This document shows, one piece after another, positions 36,508-45,875 of a DNA stretch of 64,000 nt. Within the stretch, counting starts at the first letter, position 1. Every line of letters begins with the position of its first letter. The position numbers and the translations under genes were made by a program. This DNA comes from Candidatus Heimdallarchaeum aukensis (GTDB lineage Archaea; Asgardarchaeota; Heimdallarchaeia; Heimdallarchaeales; Heimdallarchaeaceae): positions 192,001 to 256,000 of the forward strand of contig CP084166.1 in NCBI GenBank assembly GCA_021513695.1, given 5' to 3'. The notes beneath the pieces are model-generated. The model had not been told where the DNA came from. It made no database searches and saw nothing but the letters and a program-made list of their open reading frames with translations.

Positions 36508-37092
36508 GTGGTACAAATGAACTCATTGAATCAAAACATCTTTAAAATCGTACTCCTTGGAGAAGGAGCTGTAGGAAAAACCTCTTTAAAACGAACTTAT
36601 ATGGGTGAAGAATTCGTAGAAGGATATAAAATGACAGTAGGTGCTGATTTCGCAGTCAAGAAACTGGAGGTAGATTTCTACAAAATAACTTTGCAGATAT
36701 GGGATCTAGCAGGGCAACCTAGGTTTGATGCGGTAAGAGAGGCATACTATAGAGGAGCTAAAGGAGCTTTACTAGTTTTTGATATCTCTAGACCAGAAAC
36801 ATACGAAATACTACCTAAATGGCTAAATGAGTTAATAAAAAACAGTGGTGGACGAAAGGTACCAATAATTCTAATTGGAAATAAATCTGACTTGCGCGAA
36901 AAACATGATCAAACTGTTCCAATTAACTATGCTGAAGATTATGCTGAAAAGCTAACAATGTGGTCTGGATATCACGTGTCTTACGTTGAAACAAGTGCAA
37001 AAACGGGAGAAAATGTAGAAAAAGCCTTTAGTGAATTAGCTCTTCAACTTGTACGTAATTTAGAAAAATTAAAAGTTGAACTAGGGATATAA
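36508..37092 (+). CDS. Rab/Ras-like small GTPase
   Basis: G1 GEGAVGKTS, switch I TVGADF, G3 WDLAGQPRF, YYRGAKGALLVFD, G4 GNKSDL, G5 ETSAKTGENV; collinear with Rab proteins. No C-terminal Cys. Start is GTG 36508 or ATG 36517. A TATA-like TTTAATAG sits at 36471..36478. Confidence 0.9.
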   Translation: MVQMNSLNQNIFKIVLLGEGAVGKTSLKRTYMGEEFVEGYKMTVGADFAVKKLEVDFYKITLQIWDLAGQPRFDAVREAYYRGAKGALLVFDISRPETYEILPKWLNELIKNSGGRKVPIILIGNKSDLREKHDQTVPINYAEDYAEKLTMWSGYHVSYVETSAKTGENVEKAFSELALQLVRNLEKLKVELGI

Positions 37093-37096
37093 AAAA

Positions 37097-37867
37097 TTAC
37101 TTTCTAAAATATGGTATTTTTACATAAGGTAATTTAATAATAAATTTGTCTTTTGAATAAACAATTATTCCACCAAGTCCTTTAACACAATGTTCGATAA
37201 AATCTTGTTCTATTGACTTTACTTTTTCTCTTTTACCTAAAGTTTCAACCAATTTAAACTTATCATAAAGATTAATTTTAAATACAAAATCCAGCATGTT
37301 CTGCTCATTACTGTATATAATTATAATCTCTGAATTTTTTTGTTGTTGCAATAAGGATTGAAACATAAGATATTCAAATAGGATATCGAGATTTTCATCT
37401 TTAACTATACATAAATCAGCAGAACCTTCAGGAAAAATAATGTCTGGAGATTGTTTAGTATAATGAGTGAGAAGATAGTGAGAAGTTAATTCTTTTATGA
37501 ACTCATGCAAGTTAACAAATGTCTTTTTGTACAATCTTCTAGATAATAACGTTATCAACTGTCTAGTAAATTTAATTTTAAAAATACTCTCTTCTAAAAG
37601 TAGAAGTGATTCATTATTCTCAAAACTTCCTTCTTTCATTGCTGATAAAATACTTAAATTATATACTGTATGGAGAAGATTTCCCATGTCATGGGTTAAA
37701 ATTTCAACTATTTTTGTTGTTCTTTGGTTTTCAGTCTCTATTTCTCGAGTCTTAATTTTTAGATTTTTACTTAACTGATAATTCCAAAGAAATAGAGATA
37801 TGATTAATATAAGTACTAAAGCGAATATAGAGACTACAGCGATTAGAAAAATTGCATAGCTATTCAA
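37097..37867 (-). CDS. Membrane-anchored histidine-kinase-like protein with degenerate ATP-binding boxes
   Basis: One N-terminal TM (FLIAVVSIFALVLILIISLFLW). H-box-like ILTHDMGNLLHTV. The C-terminal alpha/beta region has GLGG (G2-like), but I see no clear N-box Asn or DxGxG. Its stop lies 4 nt from the GTPase stop (convergent). Confidence 0.5.
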   Translation of the reverse strand: MNSYAIFLIAVVSIFALVLILIISLFLWNYQLSKNLKIKTREIETENQRTTKIVEILTHDMGNLLHTVYNLSILSAMKEGSFENNESLLLLEESIFKIKFTRQLITLLSRRLYKKTFVNLHEFIKELTSHYLLTHYTKQSPDIIFPEGSADLCIVKDENLDILFEYLMFQSLLQQQKNSEIIIIYSNEQNMLDFVFKINLYDKFKLVETLGKREKVKSIEQDFIEHCVKGLGGIIVYSKDKFIIKLPYVKIPYFRK

Positions 37868-37953
37868 GAATCTTCATTAATGTCTACATTTTATTACTTA
37901 TATTTTTTTTTAATTAGATAATGTGATGAAAAATAAAGAAAATAAAAAACGCT

Positions 37954-39330
37954 TTACCCTGAAACTGTAATATTGGCTATTGAAACAGCAGGAGCATCTA
38001 AAGGCCAAGGTGATTGTAGTACATCATCACCAATTGAAATAAAGTTTTCAAAGACTTGGTAATAGTTTCCTGCAATGCTTACAGATCTTAAAGGTAATGT
38101 ACGTTCTCCTTTTTCAATTAGAAAAGCGTTGTTTGAAGTTATACTGAAATCTCCTGTAATTACATTTGCTGTGAATAGTCCTATTGGTGTCTCTTCAATA
38201 TAGATTCCTTTATCTATTTCTGCTATCTGTTCTTCGAGGTTTTTCTTTACTGGTTCAACTACGAGTTTTCTAGGAGAAACACTTGGGATATTTTCGAAAG
38301 CAATTCCTCCCATCATACCTCCTCTGCTTGCATTAGCTGTTGTTTCTGTATTTGCAGCTTTAGCATACATTCTATCAAAGAGGAAAGTTTTCAAAATTCC
38401 TTTTTCGATGATTGAAGTTTTACCTACTGGGCTTCCTTCTCCGTCAATTGCTACTGTACTTTGACTTTCAGGTATTTGTCCGTCGTCAATTAAGTTGAAC
38501 CTTTCATCAGCAATCTTTTTACCTAGCTTGTCTCCTAAAGGATTCCTTTTTTCCACATATGCAGCTCCAGAGAGTGATTGCATAAATGGAACAGTAAGAA
38601 ATGCTGAAGAAGTATAAGGATGAAGTACAATAGGAAGTTTTTCACTCACATTAAAGGGTTTTGAACCTAAATGCTGAAAACCTTTTTCTACTGCTTTTTG
38701 ACCTAGTTCACTAATATCTTCATTCTTTCTACTAAGGACAAATTCAGATGCAGTTTTCCTATCTCCTTCTTTCATTACAACTGCATACGCTGATCCTCCA
38801 AAGACAGTAGATAAAGTAGAAACTAAACATCCTTCAGTAGTTCCAATAGCGTATCCTCTTACTACTTTTTCGACGTTTACAGATACACCTATGATTCTTT
38901 GATCATTTTTATCAACATTGTAAAGTAGTTCTGAAATTTTGTCTGCTAATTTCTCAGGAGTTAAATGTAAAACTTCATGGTCGAGAATACCATCTTTAGA
39001 TTGTTTACTTTCACTTACAAAACTTTCAAAAAGAGGATTTTTTGGGCTAGCTTTAGCAATAGCATAAGCTTTTCTTAAAGCTTCCTTGATTGATTTTTCA
39101 GAAAAACCAGTACAAGAGGAGAAACCTAGTTGTTTTCCTATTGCAACTCGAATTCCTACCCCCTGAACTACACCATCTCTACTGTCTACTTTACCTTTGT
39201 TTTCGCTTAAACTGGTCTCTAACGAATTATAAACAAAAGCTTCAGCAGACGGAATGTTAAGATCTCTAGCATATTTAATCGTAGTATCGGCAATATTCAA
39301 TATTTTTTCTCGTATTTCATTCAGTTCCAT
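37954..39330 (-). CDS. pmbA: PmbA/TldE-family protein (partner of the TldD metalloprotease)
   Basis: TldD/PmbA-family architecture, 458 aa, no HExxxH. Its ATG overlaps the tldD stop (TAATG). Confidence 0.8.
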   Translation of the reverse strand: MELNEIREKILNIADTTIKYARDLNIPSAEAFVYNSLETSLSENKGKVDSRDGVVQGVGIRVAIGKQLGFSSCTGFSEKSIKEALRKAYAIAKASPKNPLFESFVSESKQSKDGILDHEVLHLTPEKLADKISELLYNVDKNDQRIIGVSVNVEKVVRGYAIGTTEGCLVSTLSTVFGGSAYAVVMKEGDRKTASEFVLSRKNEDISELGQKAVEKGFQHLGSKPFNVSEKLPIVLHPYTSSAFLTVPFMQSLSGAAYVEKRNPLGDKLGKKIADERFNLIDDGQIPESQSTVAIDGEGSPVGKTSIIEKGILKTFLFDRMYAKAANTETTANASRGGMMGGIAFENIPSVSPRKLVVEPVKKNLEEQIAEIDKGIYIEETPIGLFTANVITGDFSITSNNAFLIEKGERTLPLRSVSIAGNYYQVFENFISIGDDVLQSPWPLDAPAVSIANITVSG

Positions 39331-40781
39331 TATTTTGCACCTCCAACTAAAACTTCATCTACAAGTAACTCTGCACCCCCAAGTCCAACAGGTAATGGAA
39401 ATTGTCCACCTTTACCACATCCACCAAAATAACCAGTCATAATGTTGAAATCTTTGGTTACTCCTTGAACTTGTTTGATTAATTCTAAGATATTTCCTGA
39501 AAGTGATGCATCTCTTACAGCATACTTTATCTCTCCATTTTCAACCCAATAACCTCTATTGCAATTGAATAGAAAGTTTCCATCTAAACCCACTTGACCA
39601 CCTGATGAAGAAACTGCATAAAAACCATCTTTAAGCTGTTCTAGAGCTTCCTCTAGACTTAAGTCTCCAGGAGCAAAGTAAGTATTTTTCATTCGTGGGA
39701 TAGGTGGATACATAAAGGTGATAGCTCTTGAATTTCCTGTTGGTTCAGCATTCATCTTTTTAGCTGTTCCTCTGTTATGTAAGTATCCTTTCAATACTCC
39801 TTTCTCTAAAAGAACAGTTTTGTCAGTTTTAATTCCTTGGTCATCATAAGGAAGCCACAGACCATTTGTTTCTCTTGGGATTGTTCCTTCATCGATAATT
39901 GTTGCCATTTCAGTACCTAAAACTTCGCCTATTTTATCAGATAATGGAGACATTCCAGTTACAACAAAATCACTTTCAGATAAATGTCCAAAGGATTCGT
40001 GAGCCAATACTCCTCCTAATCTCCATCCAATAAGGGCTTTCTGTTTTCCCGCTTTAATTGGCTTTGCTTCAGTTTGCTCTTTGCAATATTTTCCAGCATT
40101 GGTTCCAATTGTTTCAGGAAGATATTTCTCTTTTTCAAAAACTTCTAAACCAAGTGAAGAACCAATTCCATCAATACCCATAGCTCTTTTTCCTTCAATC
40201 ATGGATATAGCTTGTATTCGAAGGTCAACTATCAAAGGTTGCCAGAAGATTTCACTTTCTTCAGAATTCACAAAATATTTGTCTCCATATAGTTCTCCGT
40301 ATAACCCTGTTGTACTACTCGGTTGAATGTGATTTTCAATAGCTTTTACTCCCCGTTTTAACATGGATAATTTTTCATCAAACTCTACATTCTTAGGGTG
40401 CTTCTTTACCTCTGTAAATTGTTTATCAACAATAGGATTCTGTGTTTCAAATTCCATTTTGACTTTATTTCTAGGAGCTGTTGCTTTAGCTATCTTGACT
40501 GCATTTTCAACTGTCTGAAGAATACTTTCCCAGTTTCTCTCTGGAGTGAAAGAAAAACCAGGAGAACCATCGAAATAAGCCATTATTCCAAAACCTTTTC
40601 TTAATTTAGTAGAAGCCTCTCTAATTCTTTCGTTGAGCAGATTAACTGTCATTAAGCTCATATCATCGTATCTAGCCTCAACAAAATCTGCTCCTAAATC
40701 TAATCCTTTATTTACTGCTTTATGTAGTAAATCAAAAATATATTCGTCTATAGCCTTCATCTCGAAAACAACATTGCTCAA
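39330..40781 (-). CDS. tldD: TldD-family metalloprotease
   Basis: AHESFGHLSE (HExxxH), the Gly-rich C-terminus GGCGKGGQFPLPVGLGG, and 483 aa. Confidence 0.85.
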   Translation of the reverse strand: MSNVVFEMKAIDEYIFDLLHKAVNKGLDLGADFVEARYDDMSLMTVNLLNERIREASTKLRKGFGIMAYFDGSPGFSFTPERNWESILQTVENAVKIAKATAPRNKVKMEFETQNPIVDKQFTEVKKHPKNVEFDEKLSMLKRGVKAIENHIQPSSTTGLYGELYGDKYFVNSEESEIFWQPLIVDLRIQAISMIEGKRAMGIDGIGSSLGLEVFEKEKYLPETIGTNAGKYCKEQTEAKPIKAGKQKALIGWRLGGVLAHESFGHLSESDFVVTGMSPLSDKIGEVLGTEMATIIDEGTIPRETNGLWLPYDDQGIKTDKTVLLEKGVLKGYLHNRGTAKKMNAEPTGNSRAITFMYPPIPRMKNTYFAPGDLSLEEALEQLKDGFYAVSSSGGQVGLDGNFLFNCNRGYWVENGEIKYAVRDASLSGNILELIKQVQGVTKDFNIMTGYFGGCGKGGQFPLPVGLGGAELLVDEVLVGGAK

Positions 40782-40885
40782 GTATTAATAAATCTATACT
40801 TTCACTTTGAGCTAAATCATTTCACCCTTTGGTTAAAAATCTTTTTTTAACCGTTTTTCTTGATCTGATAAAGGTAAAGATAATT

Positions 40886-42922
40886 TTACTCAAAATAAAC
40901 TTCTTTGATCTTTGTATCAATATATTCTTTTATTTCTTCATATTCCAATATATCTTCATGAGGATACTCTAATAGCTTTTTTTCAATCAAGACGGCTATT
41001 TCTTCAGTCTTTTTCTTTAGTGCATACGAAAAACGGTCTACGAATAAAGCAATTGTAAATTCACTTTTTCCTAATAAAAGCATTATATATTCAGAGTGTT
41101 CCAAAATTCTTAGCTCTCCTTTCTTTAGTTTTAGAGTTTTGCTTATATTTTTTATAGCATTAATCATTCCAACAATAAGCAACTCATCAGAATGGAAAAT
41201 ATCTCCATAAGAGTAACTATAGAAAGGAACATTTTCAACAATTAATAAGAAATGAAAAAGATGGAAGTTATTTCTACTGCTTCTAATCTCTGAAGTGAGT
41301 AATCCCTTTGTAGTGTATTGTTTTATTAGATTATCTATTTCTAAAGAAAAATCCATAGAAAAGGGAGTTTGTTCGAATTCTGAGTTTGCTTTTGCCTTCT
41401 TTAGTAGTTGATAGATTTGTCTAATATTCTCTTCTTTATAATTTAAATTATGCTTTTTACATATTATTTCCACTCTTTTTAGCAAATCTTCTGAAAGGTG
41501 AAGTTTGTTTGTATATATGTAAACTGTTGCTAATAGCAACATATAATTTACTAATTGATAAAAGGCATTAAGTTCTTTCAATAGAATAATTATTTCTTGA
41601 GAATATAACTCGATTTCCTCTAATATTTTTTGCTTATTAATTTTATTAGTCTCGATTTTAAACATTACAAGATATAATTCAATCAAGTAAAGAAGAGCAT
41701 TTAATGCTTGGGGAAAAAGGTTCAATTCTCTGGCATAATTTATTCCTTTTAGTAAATAATCTCTGGATGAATAGTAATTCATTTTATAAAATTCAAAAAT
41801 GCCTTTAGTTGTAATATAGGTAGTATAATAAGCGTTAAGTTTAGGCTCATCTAATTTAAATGTCTTTGAATATTTTTCTAAATACAATCCTGCTTTATCA
41901 AAATTGTTAGATATAGCGTATGTCTCTGCTGCTAAAGGATAAATATAATCAAGAGCAATATTGTATTGTTCACTAATTTTAATAGCCTGTTCTAGAAATT
42001 TAAGGGATTCAGGAATGTTATTTAACAGTCTGTAAGCATAGATTATTTCTGCATTTATCATGGCTATATTTCTTAATTCTTTCTTTTTTTCCATAAAAAT
42101 AAGAATGTTAAATAAGTGTTTTAAACCCTCTTTGAAAAATCCTTGTTTGAGCAAAACTACTGCATAATTTGCTTTAGCAACTATTTTTCCTCTTTCAATT
42201 TTTTCAGAACTGAATAATTTAATTGCCTCTGCATAGGCAACCTTACTTTCTATTATTGATCCAGAATAAAGAAGGCAATTTCCTTGCATATTTAGTAAAT
42301 ATGCGTGCAAGTAAACATCTGAAATATCATGTTTTAGGATTTTTTGTAATGCTTTCTCTGAAATGTAAATTCCTTTAATATATTGATGTTTCATGTAGTT
42401 GAACAAGGTTTCTGTATAAAGATACATTATTTCGTAAAATCTACAAAGTTTTTTATCTTTTTCAAATTCACTAACTTGGTCCAATATCTCTAATGCTTTA
42501 TTCAAATATTCTTCTGCTTGCTCAAGTTCGTTTATAACAGAATAGTATTCTACTACATGAAGAAAAAAATCAAAAAGATAGATAATTTGAGTATTGATTT
42601 TACCTTTATCCAGTTTTTCTATTATTTCTTCGATTTTTGGATAATCTCCTTGTATTGCTACAATACGCGAAAAAGAAGCAAAAATTTCAAAAGATTTAAA
42701 CTTCAGATAAAACTCTGATAATTTTTCTCTATCATCATAAATTAATAGAATTTTAGCAATTAAAGCTTGATAATCTGAAGGAACTGAAGAAGATAGAATT
42801 TCATCCCAATACTTTAGGATTGTATTGTAGAAATCAAAATAAGTGTTAAACAACTTTGGATGCATTTTTCCATGTAAGAAATCTTCTTCTAAAAACCTCT
42901 CATATCGCTTTATTTGCATCAT
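40886..42922 (-). CDS. TPR-repeat protein with C-terminal longin/roadblock-like domain (paralogue 1)
   Basis: 678 aa. LGN-like TPRs (LLNMQGNCLLYSGSIIESKVAYAEAIKLF ...). C-terminal about 128 aa (40889..41272): HLFHFLLIVENVPFYSYSY / DELLIVGMINAIKNISKTL / GELRILEHSEYIMLLLGKSEFTIALFVD / FSYALKKKTEEIAVLIEKKL, a beta-beta-alpha-beta-beta-beta-alpha pattern. Confidence 0.65.
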   Translation of the reverse strand: MMQIKRYERFLEEDFLHGKMHPKLFNTYFDFYNTILKYWDEILSSSVPSDYQALIAKILLIYDDREKLSEFYLKFKSFEIFASFSRIVAIQGDYPKIEEIIEKLDKGKINTQIIYLFDFFLHVVEYYSVINELEQAEEYLNKALEILDQVSEFEKDKKLCRFYEIMYLYTETLFNYMKHQYIKGIYISEKALQKILKHDISDVYLHAYLLNMQGNCLLYSGSIIESKVAYAEAIKLFSSEKIERGKIVAKANYAVVLLKQGFFKEGLKHLFNILIFMEKKKELRNIAMINAEIIYAYRLLNNIPESLKFLEQAIKISEQYNIALDYIYPLAAETYAISNNFDKAGLYLEKYSKTFKLDEPKLNAYYTTYITTKGIFEFYKMNYYSSRDYLLKGINYARELNLFPQALNALLYLIELYLVMFKIETNKINKQKILEEIELYSQEIIILLKELNAFYQLVNYMLLLATVYIYTNKLHLSEDLLKRVEIICKKHNLNYKEENIRQIYQLLKKAKANSEFEQTPFSMDFSLEIDNLIKQYTTKGLLTSEIRSSRNNFHLFHFLLIVENVPFYSYSYGDIFHSDELLIVGMINAIKNISKTLKLKKGELRILEHSEYIMLLLGKSEFTIALFVDRFSYALKKKTEEIAVLIEKKLLEYPHEDILEYEEIKEYIDTKIKEVYFE

Positions 42923-43046
42923 TTTATTTCATTATTACTTTATCATAGTATATCTCAAGAGTCGTTAAAAGTTTATCTGATTTTCAAAAATTGATTGATT
43001 CTCGGCGACTCAAAAATAATAAAATAGCTAGAGTTCAAAAGAATAA

Positions 43047-45095
43047 CTACTTTTCAAATATTTCAATTCTTAAATTATCTATTTCTTGTTTTATAGGAGT
43101 TAAAATCTTATTGGTAAAATAGTCAATCTGCAAAACTTCTGTTTGTTGCAATAAACTCTCAATTTTGTTAGCAAATTGAATCAAACGTTCTTTTACAGAA
43201 TAATAGAACTCATCAATGAAGAGAACAACTGAATATTTCTTTCGTTTTTCAATCATTACTATAAAATCAGTAAACTCGATAAGCTTAAAGATTCCATGTT
43301 TTTTTGTCAGAGAGTCACTGAACGATTCAATAGCTTTGAATAATCCAGATAGAAGAAGTTGTTTTTCTTCAATTTTTTCTCCTTTAAATTGATGTGAATA
43401 TAATGGTAAACCGTTAAAGTGAATAATTATTAGATTTATTAGGTGATCTTTGTTATATAAATTGAGGTTTACTTCTATGTTCCTAATTTCTGTAGAAGGT
43501 TTCTGTAATGTTTTTGTTATACTATTCAAACTGAATATTTGAAGAGCTTTATCATCTAACTTTTCAGGATTCTGTTCCATTTTTTTCAGTGTTTGCATTT
43601 CACGTAAAATTTCTTTAAGTTGAGTATTCATATTGTAGTTTTTACATAACTCTACAGTTAAAGAGTAAATATGGTTCGCAAGATCGAATTTCTCCTGAAG
43701 TGCATAAATCCTAGCTAAAAGTAATTGAAAATCTATTTTTAAGTAAATGTTGCTGTGTTTTCGTAATATTAGGGATATCTCTTCGCAAATTTCCTCTAAT
43801 TCACTTATAATTTCTTCAGAATACTGTATTTGTAATTTCTTAATCAAGTAAATTGAATGATATTTCAGTCCAGTTAGATAAAGGGGAAAATTTTTGATAC
43901 TTTTAGCTATTTCTATTCCTTTTTCCAGGAAAATAGATGCATTGTATAAATTTCCTCTTATTAATTCGTAATATCCCTTTAAAGAATAAAATGCACCATT
44001 ATGGAAACTGATGTTTTCTTTATCTTTTAAGATAATATTTTCAAATGTTTTCAAAAGTTTTTCAACAATATCAAATTTTTGAATTTGTATTGCGAACTCG
44101 ATTGATGATATTAATACTTCGTCGTCATAGACTAATCTTGTTTCTAAGAGTTTTATATTTTCTTTAAGATATTCTACTGCTTTTTCTGTTTTACCAATTT
44201 CTATTAGGCATTGCATAATCTCTCTATTTATTAAAGCTACATTTCTCAACTCATTGTTTTCAGAGAAAAATTCTTTGATTTTTATTAACTTAGGTAGAGC
44301 TTCTTTATGTTTTCCGAGTTTGATATCTAAAGAAGCTATATTTCCTTCTGTTACAATTTTTCCTCGATTATTATTCATTTCATTAAACAAATTAAATGAT
44401 TTATAGTAATTTGACTTCGATTGTTTAAGCAACCCTTTAAACATGTAAGCGTTACCTAGAGTGTTGTAAGTAACTGCTAAAAGAAATTCATCTGTTTTTT
44501 CAATATTTTCTAATATTTTTTTGGCTTCACTAAAGTAAAAAATAGCTTTATCTGACTCTCGATATCTAAAAACAGTGAAACCCAGAGTATAGAATAAATT
44601 TGCTTGAAGAAAAAGAAACAATTGACCTTCACTCTTATTTAAGAGAAGTTTGCATTGTGAAATTAGCTGAGAAGCTAATTCATTATTGAAAGTTGTAGCA
44701 AATATTTTTATTTCAGAGTTGTAGAAGTAAAATCTAGGAAAAATTGAAGATTTAGAAATAGATGCTAGATCAGTTTCTGCAATATATGTTTGTGCTTTAA
44801 TTAATCCTCTTTTTAATCGTAATATGTTGAGTAAAGGGCCTAAAGTTTCGATTGAATTATATTTTTTATAAAGAAATTCTAATTTATCATATTCTCCATA
44901 CATATTAAACAAATAACTAATTAAAAATTGAACATCAGGGGGTATGAAAATGTCTCTTATCTTTTTCCAATAATTTTGAACATTTCTGTAAAGATTAAAC
45001 TCTTTCACTTCTGTTATAGTTTTTAACTTTAGATATTTTTTTATCCAATTTTGATCATCAGAGTTTAATAACTGTAAATACCAATCCAAAACCAT
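43047..45095 (-). CDS. TPR-repeat protein with C-terminal longin/roadblock-like domain (paralogue 2)
   Basis: 682 aa. TYNTLGNAYMFKGLLKQSKSNYYKSFNLF-type TPRs. C-terminal (43050..43448): LINLIIIHFNGLPLYSHQF / KQLLLSGLFKAIESFSDSL / GIFKLIEFTDFIVMIEKRKKYSVVLFID / FYYSVKERLIQFANKIESLL. Starts 9 nt after the Grx-FTR gene stop. Confidence 0.65.
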   Translation of the reverse strand: MVLDWYLQLLNSDDQNWIKKYLKLKTITEVKEFNLYRNVQNYWKKIRDIFIPPDVQFLISYLFNMYGEYDKLEFLYKKYNSIETLGPLLNILRLKRGLIKAQTYIAETDLASISKSSIFPRFYFYNSEIKIFATTFNNELASQLISQCKLLLNKSEGQLFLFLQANLFYTLGFTVFRYRESDKAIFYFSEAKKILENIEKTDEFLLAVTYNTLGNAYMFKGLLKQSKSNYYKSFNLFNEMNNNRGKIVTEGNIASLDIKLGKHKEALPKLIKIKEFFSENNELRNVALINREIMQCLIEIGKTEKAVEYLKENIKLLETRLVYDDEVLISSIEFAIQIQKFDIVEKLLKTFENIILKDKENISFHNGAFYSLKGYYELIRGNLYNASIFLEKGIEIAKSIKNFPLYLTGLKYHSIYLIKKLQIQYSEEIISELEEICEEISLILRKHSNIYLKIDFQLLLARIYALQEKFDLANHIYSLTVELCKNYNMNTQLKEILREMQTLKKMEQNPEKLDDKALQIFSLNSITKTLQKPSTEIRNIEVNLNLYNKDHLINLIIIHFNGLPLYSHQFKGEKIEEKQLLLSGLFKAIESFSDSLTKKHGIFKLIEFTDFIVMIEKRKKYSVVLFIDEFYYSVKERLIQFANKIESLLQQTEVLQIDYFTNKILTPIKQEIDNLRIEIFEK

Positions 45096-45104
45096 ATTTT
45101 TCCC

Positions 45105-45800
45105 CTAAGTATATCTATCTTTAGGTCTCCTTTCTGGTATCATTTCAATTTCTTGATTTTTTGTGAAATCATAATCTTTCTTAAAGAATAGAGCACAATA
45201 GCATCTTCCATATTCATTGATATCTTCTTCTGCATAATCACAAGGACAACAAATATCTCTATCAAGCTGAATATTTTCGTTTGTATCTCGACAAGGACAA
45301 TTAAAATAACCTATTCTATTATAATTATCTTTTAGTCCTTGTATTAACATGTCTAAAGTTCCATCGTTATTTGGATGTAACTTCCAATTCTTCTTTTTAG
45401 CTATATTCTGAACATATTTCTTTACTTCTTCAAAAGTTTTTGACTTTTTACTTCTTCCAATACCATGAAAGAGTTTCTCCCATTTCTTTTTGTTAAATCC
45501 CATTTCATATTTTTCTCCGTCAATAACTACGAATGGAAAAGCTATAAACTCCAAATTAAAAGCATGTCTTATTTCTTTTTTGATCTCTTTTTTTTCATTA
45601 TAGTTTATTAGATCTATATCGATAAAATAGTAAGAAATTTTATTATCTTTTAGCCAATTTTTACTTTTTTTACACCATTGACATGTAGAGATAGCAAAGA
45701 GAAAAACTTCAAAATCAGTTGTTGAATCTTCAAATAGCTCTAAATTATAGTTTGGCAAACTCTTAATTTTTTTTGCTATCTTTAAGTTTAGTTTCTCCAT
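45105..45800 (-). CDS. Glutaredoxin/NrdH-like domain fused to a ferredoxin:thioredoxin reductase catalytic-subunit-like domain
   Basis: N-terminal VFLFAISTCQWCKKSKNWL (CxxC in a thioredoxin-fold context). C-terminal CPCR ... CCPC ... GRCYCALF corresponds to the FTR-c CPC / CPC / CHC cysteine pattern, with Tyr in place of His. Confidence 0.65.
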   Translation of the reverse strand: MEKLNLKIAKKIKSLPNYNLELFEDSTTDFEVFLFAISTCQWCKKSKNWLKDNKISYYFIDIDLINYNEKKEIKKEIRHAFNLEFIAFPFVVIDGEKYEMGFNKKKWEKLFHGIGRSKKSKTFEEVKKYVQNIAKKKNWKLHPNNDGTLDMLIQGLKDNYNRIGYFNCPCRDTNENIQLDRDICCPCDYAEEDINEYGRCYCALFFKKDYDFTKNQEIEMIPERRPKDRYT

Positions 45801-45875
45801 AGTATCACTTATTCGTCAATATTATACTAACTGTGTTGATTAATAATAAATGTTCTTCTACTATCAATCCAATAA

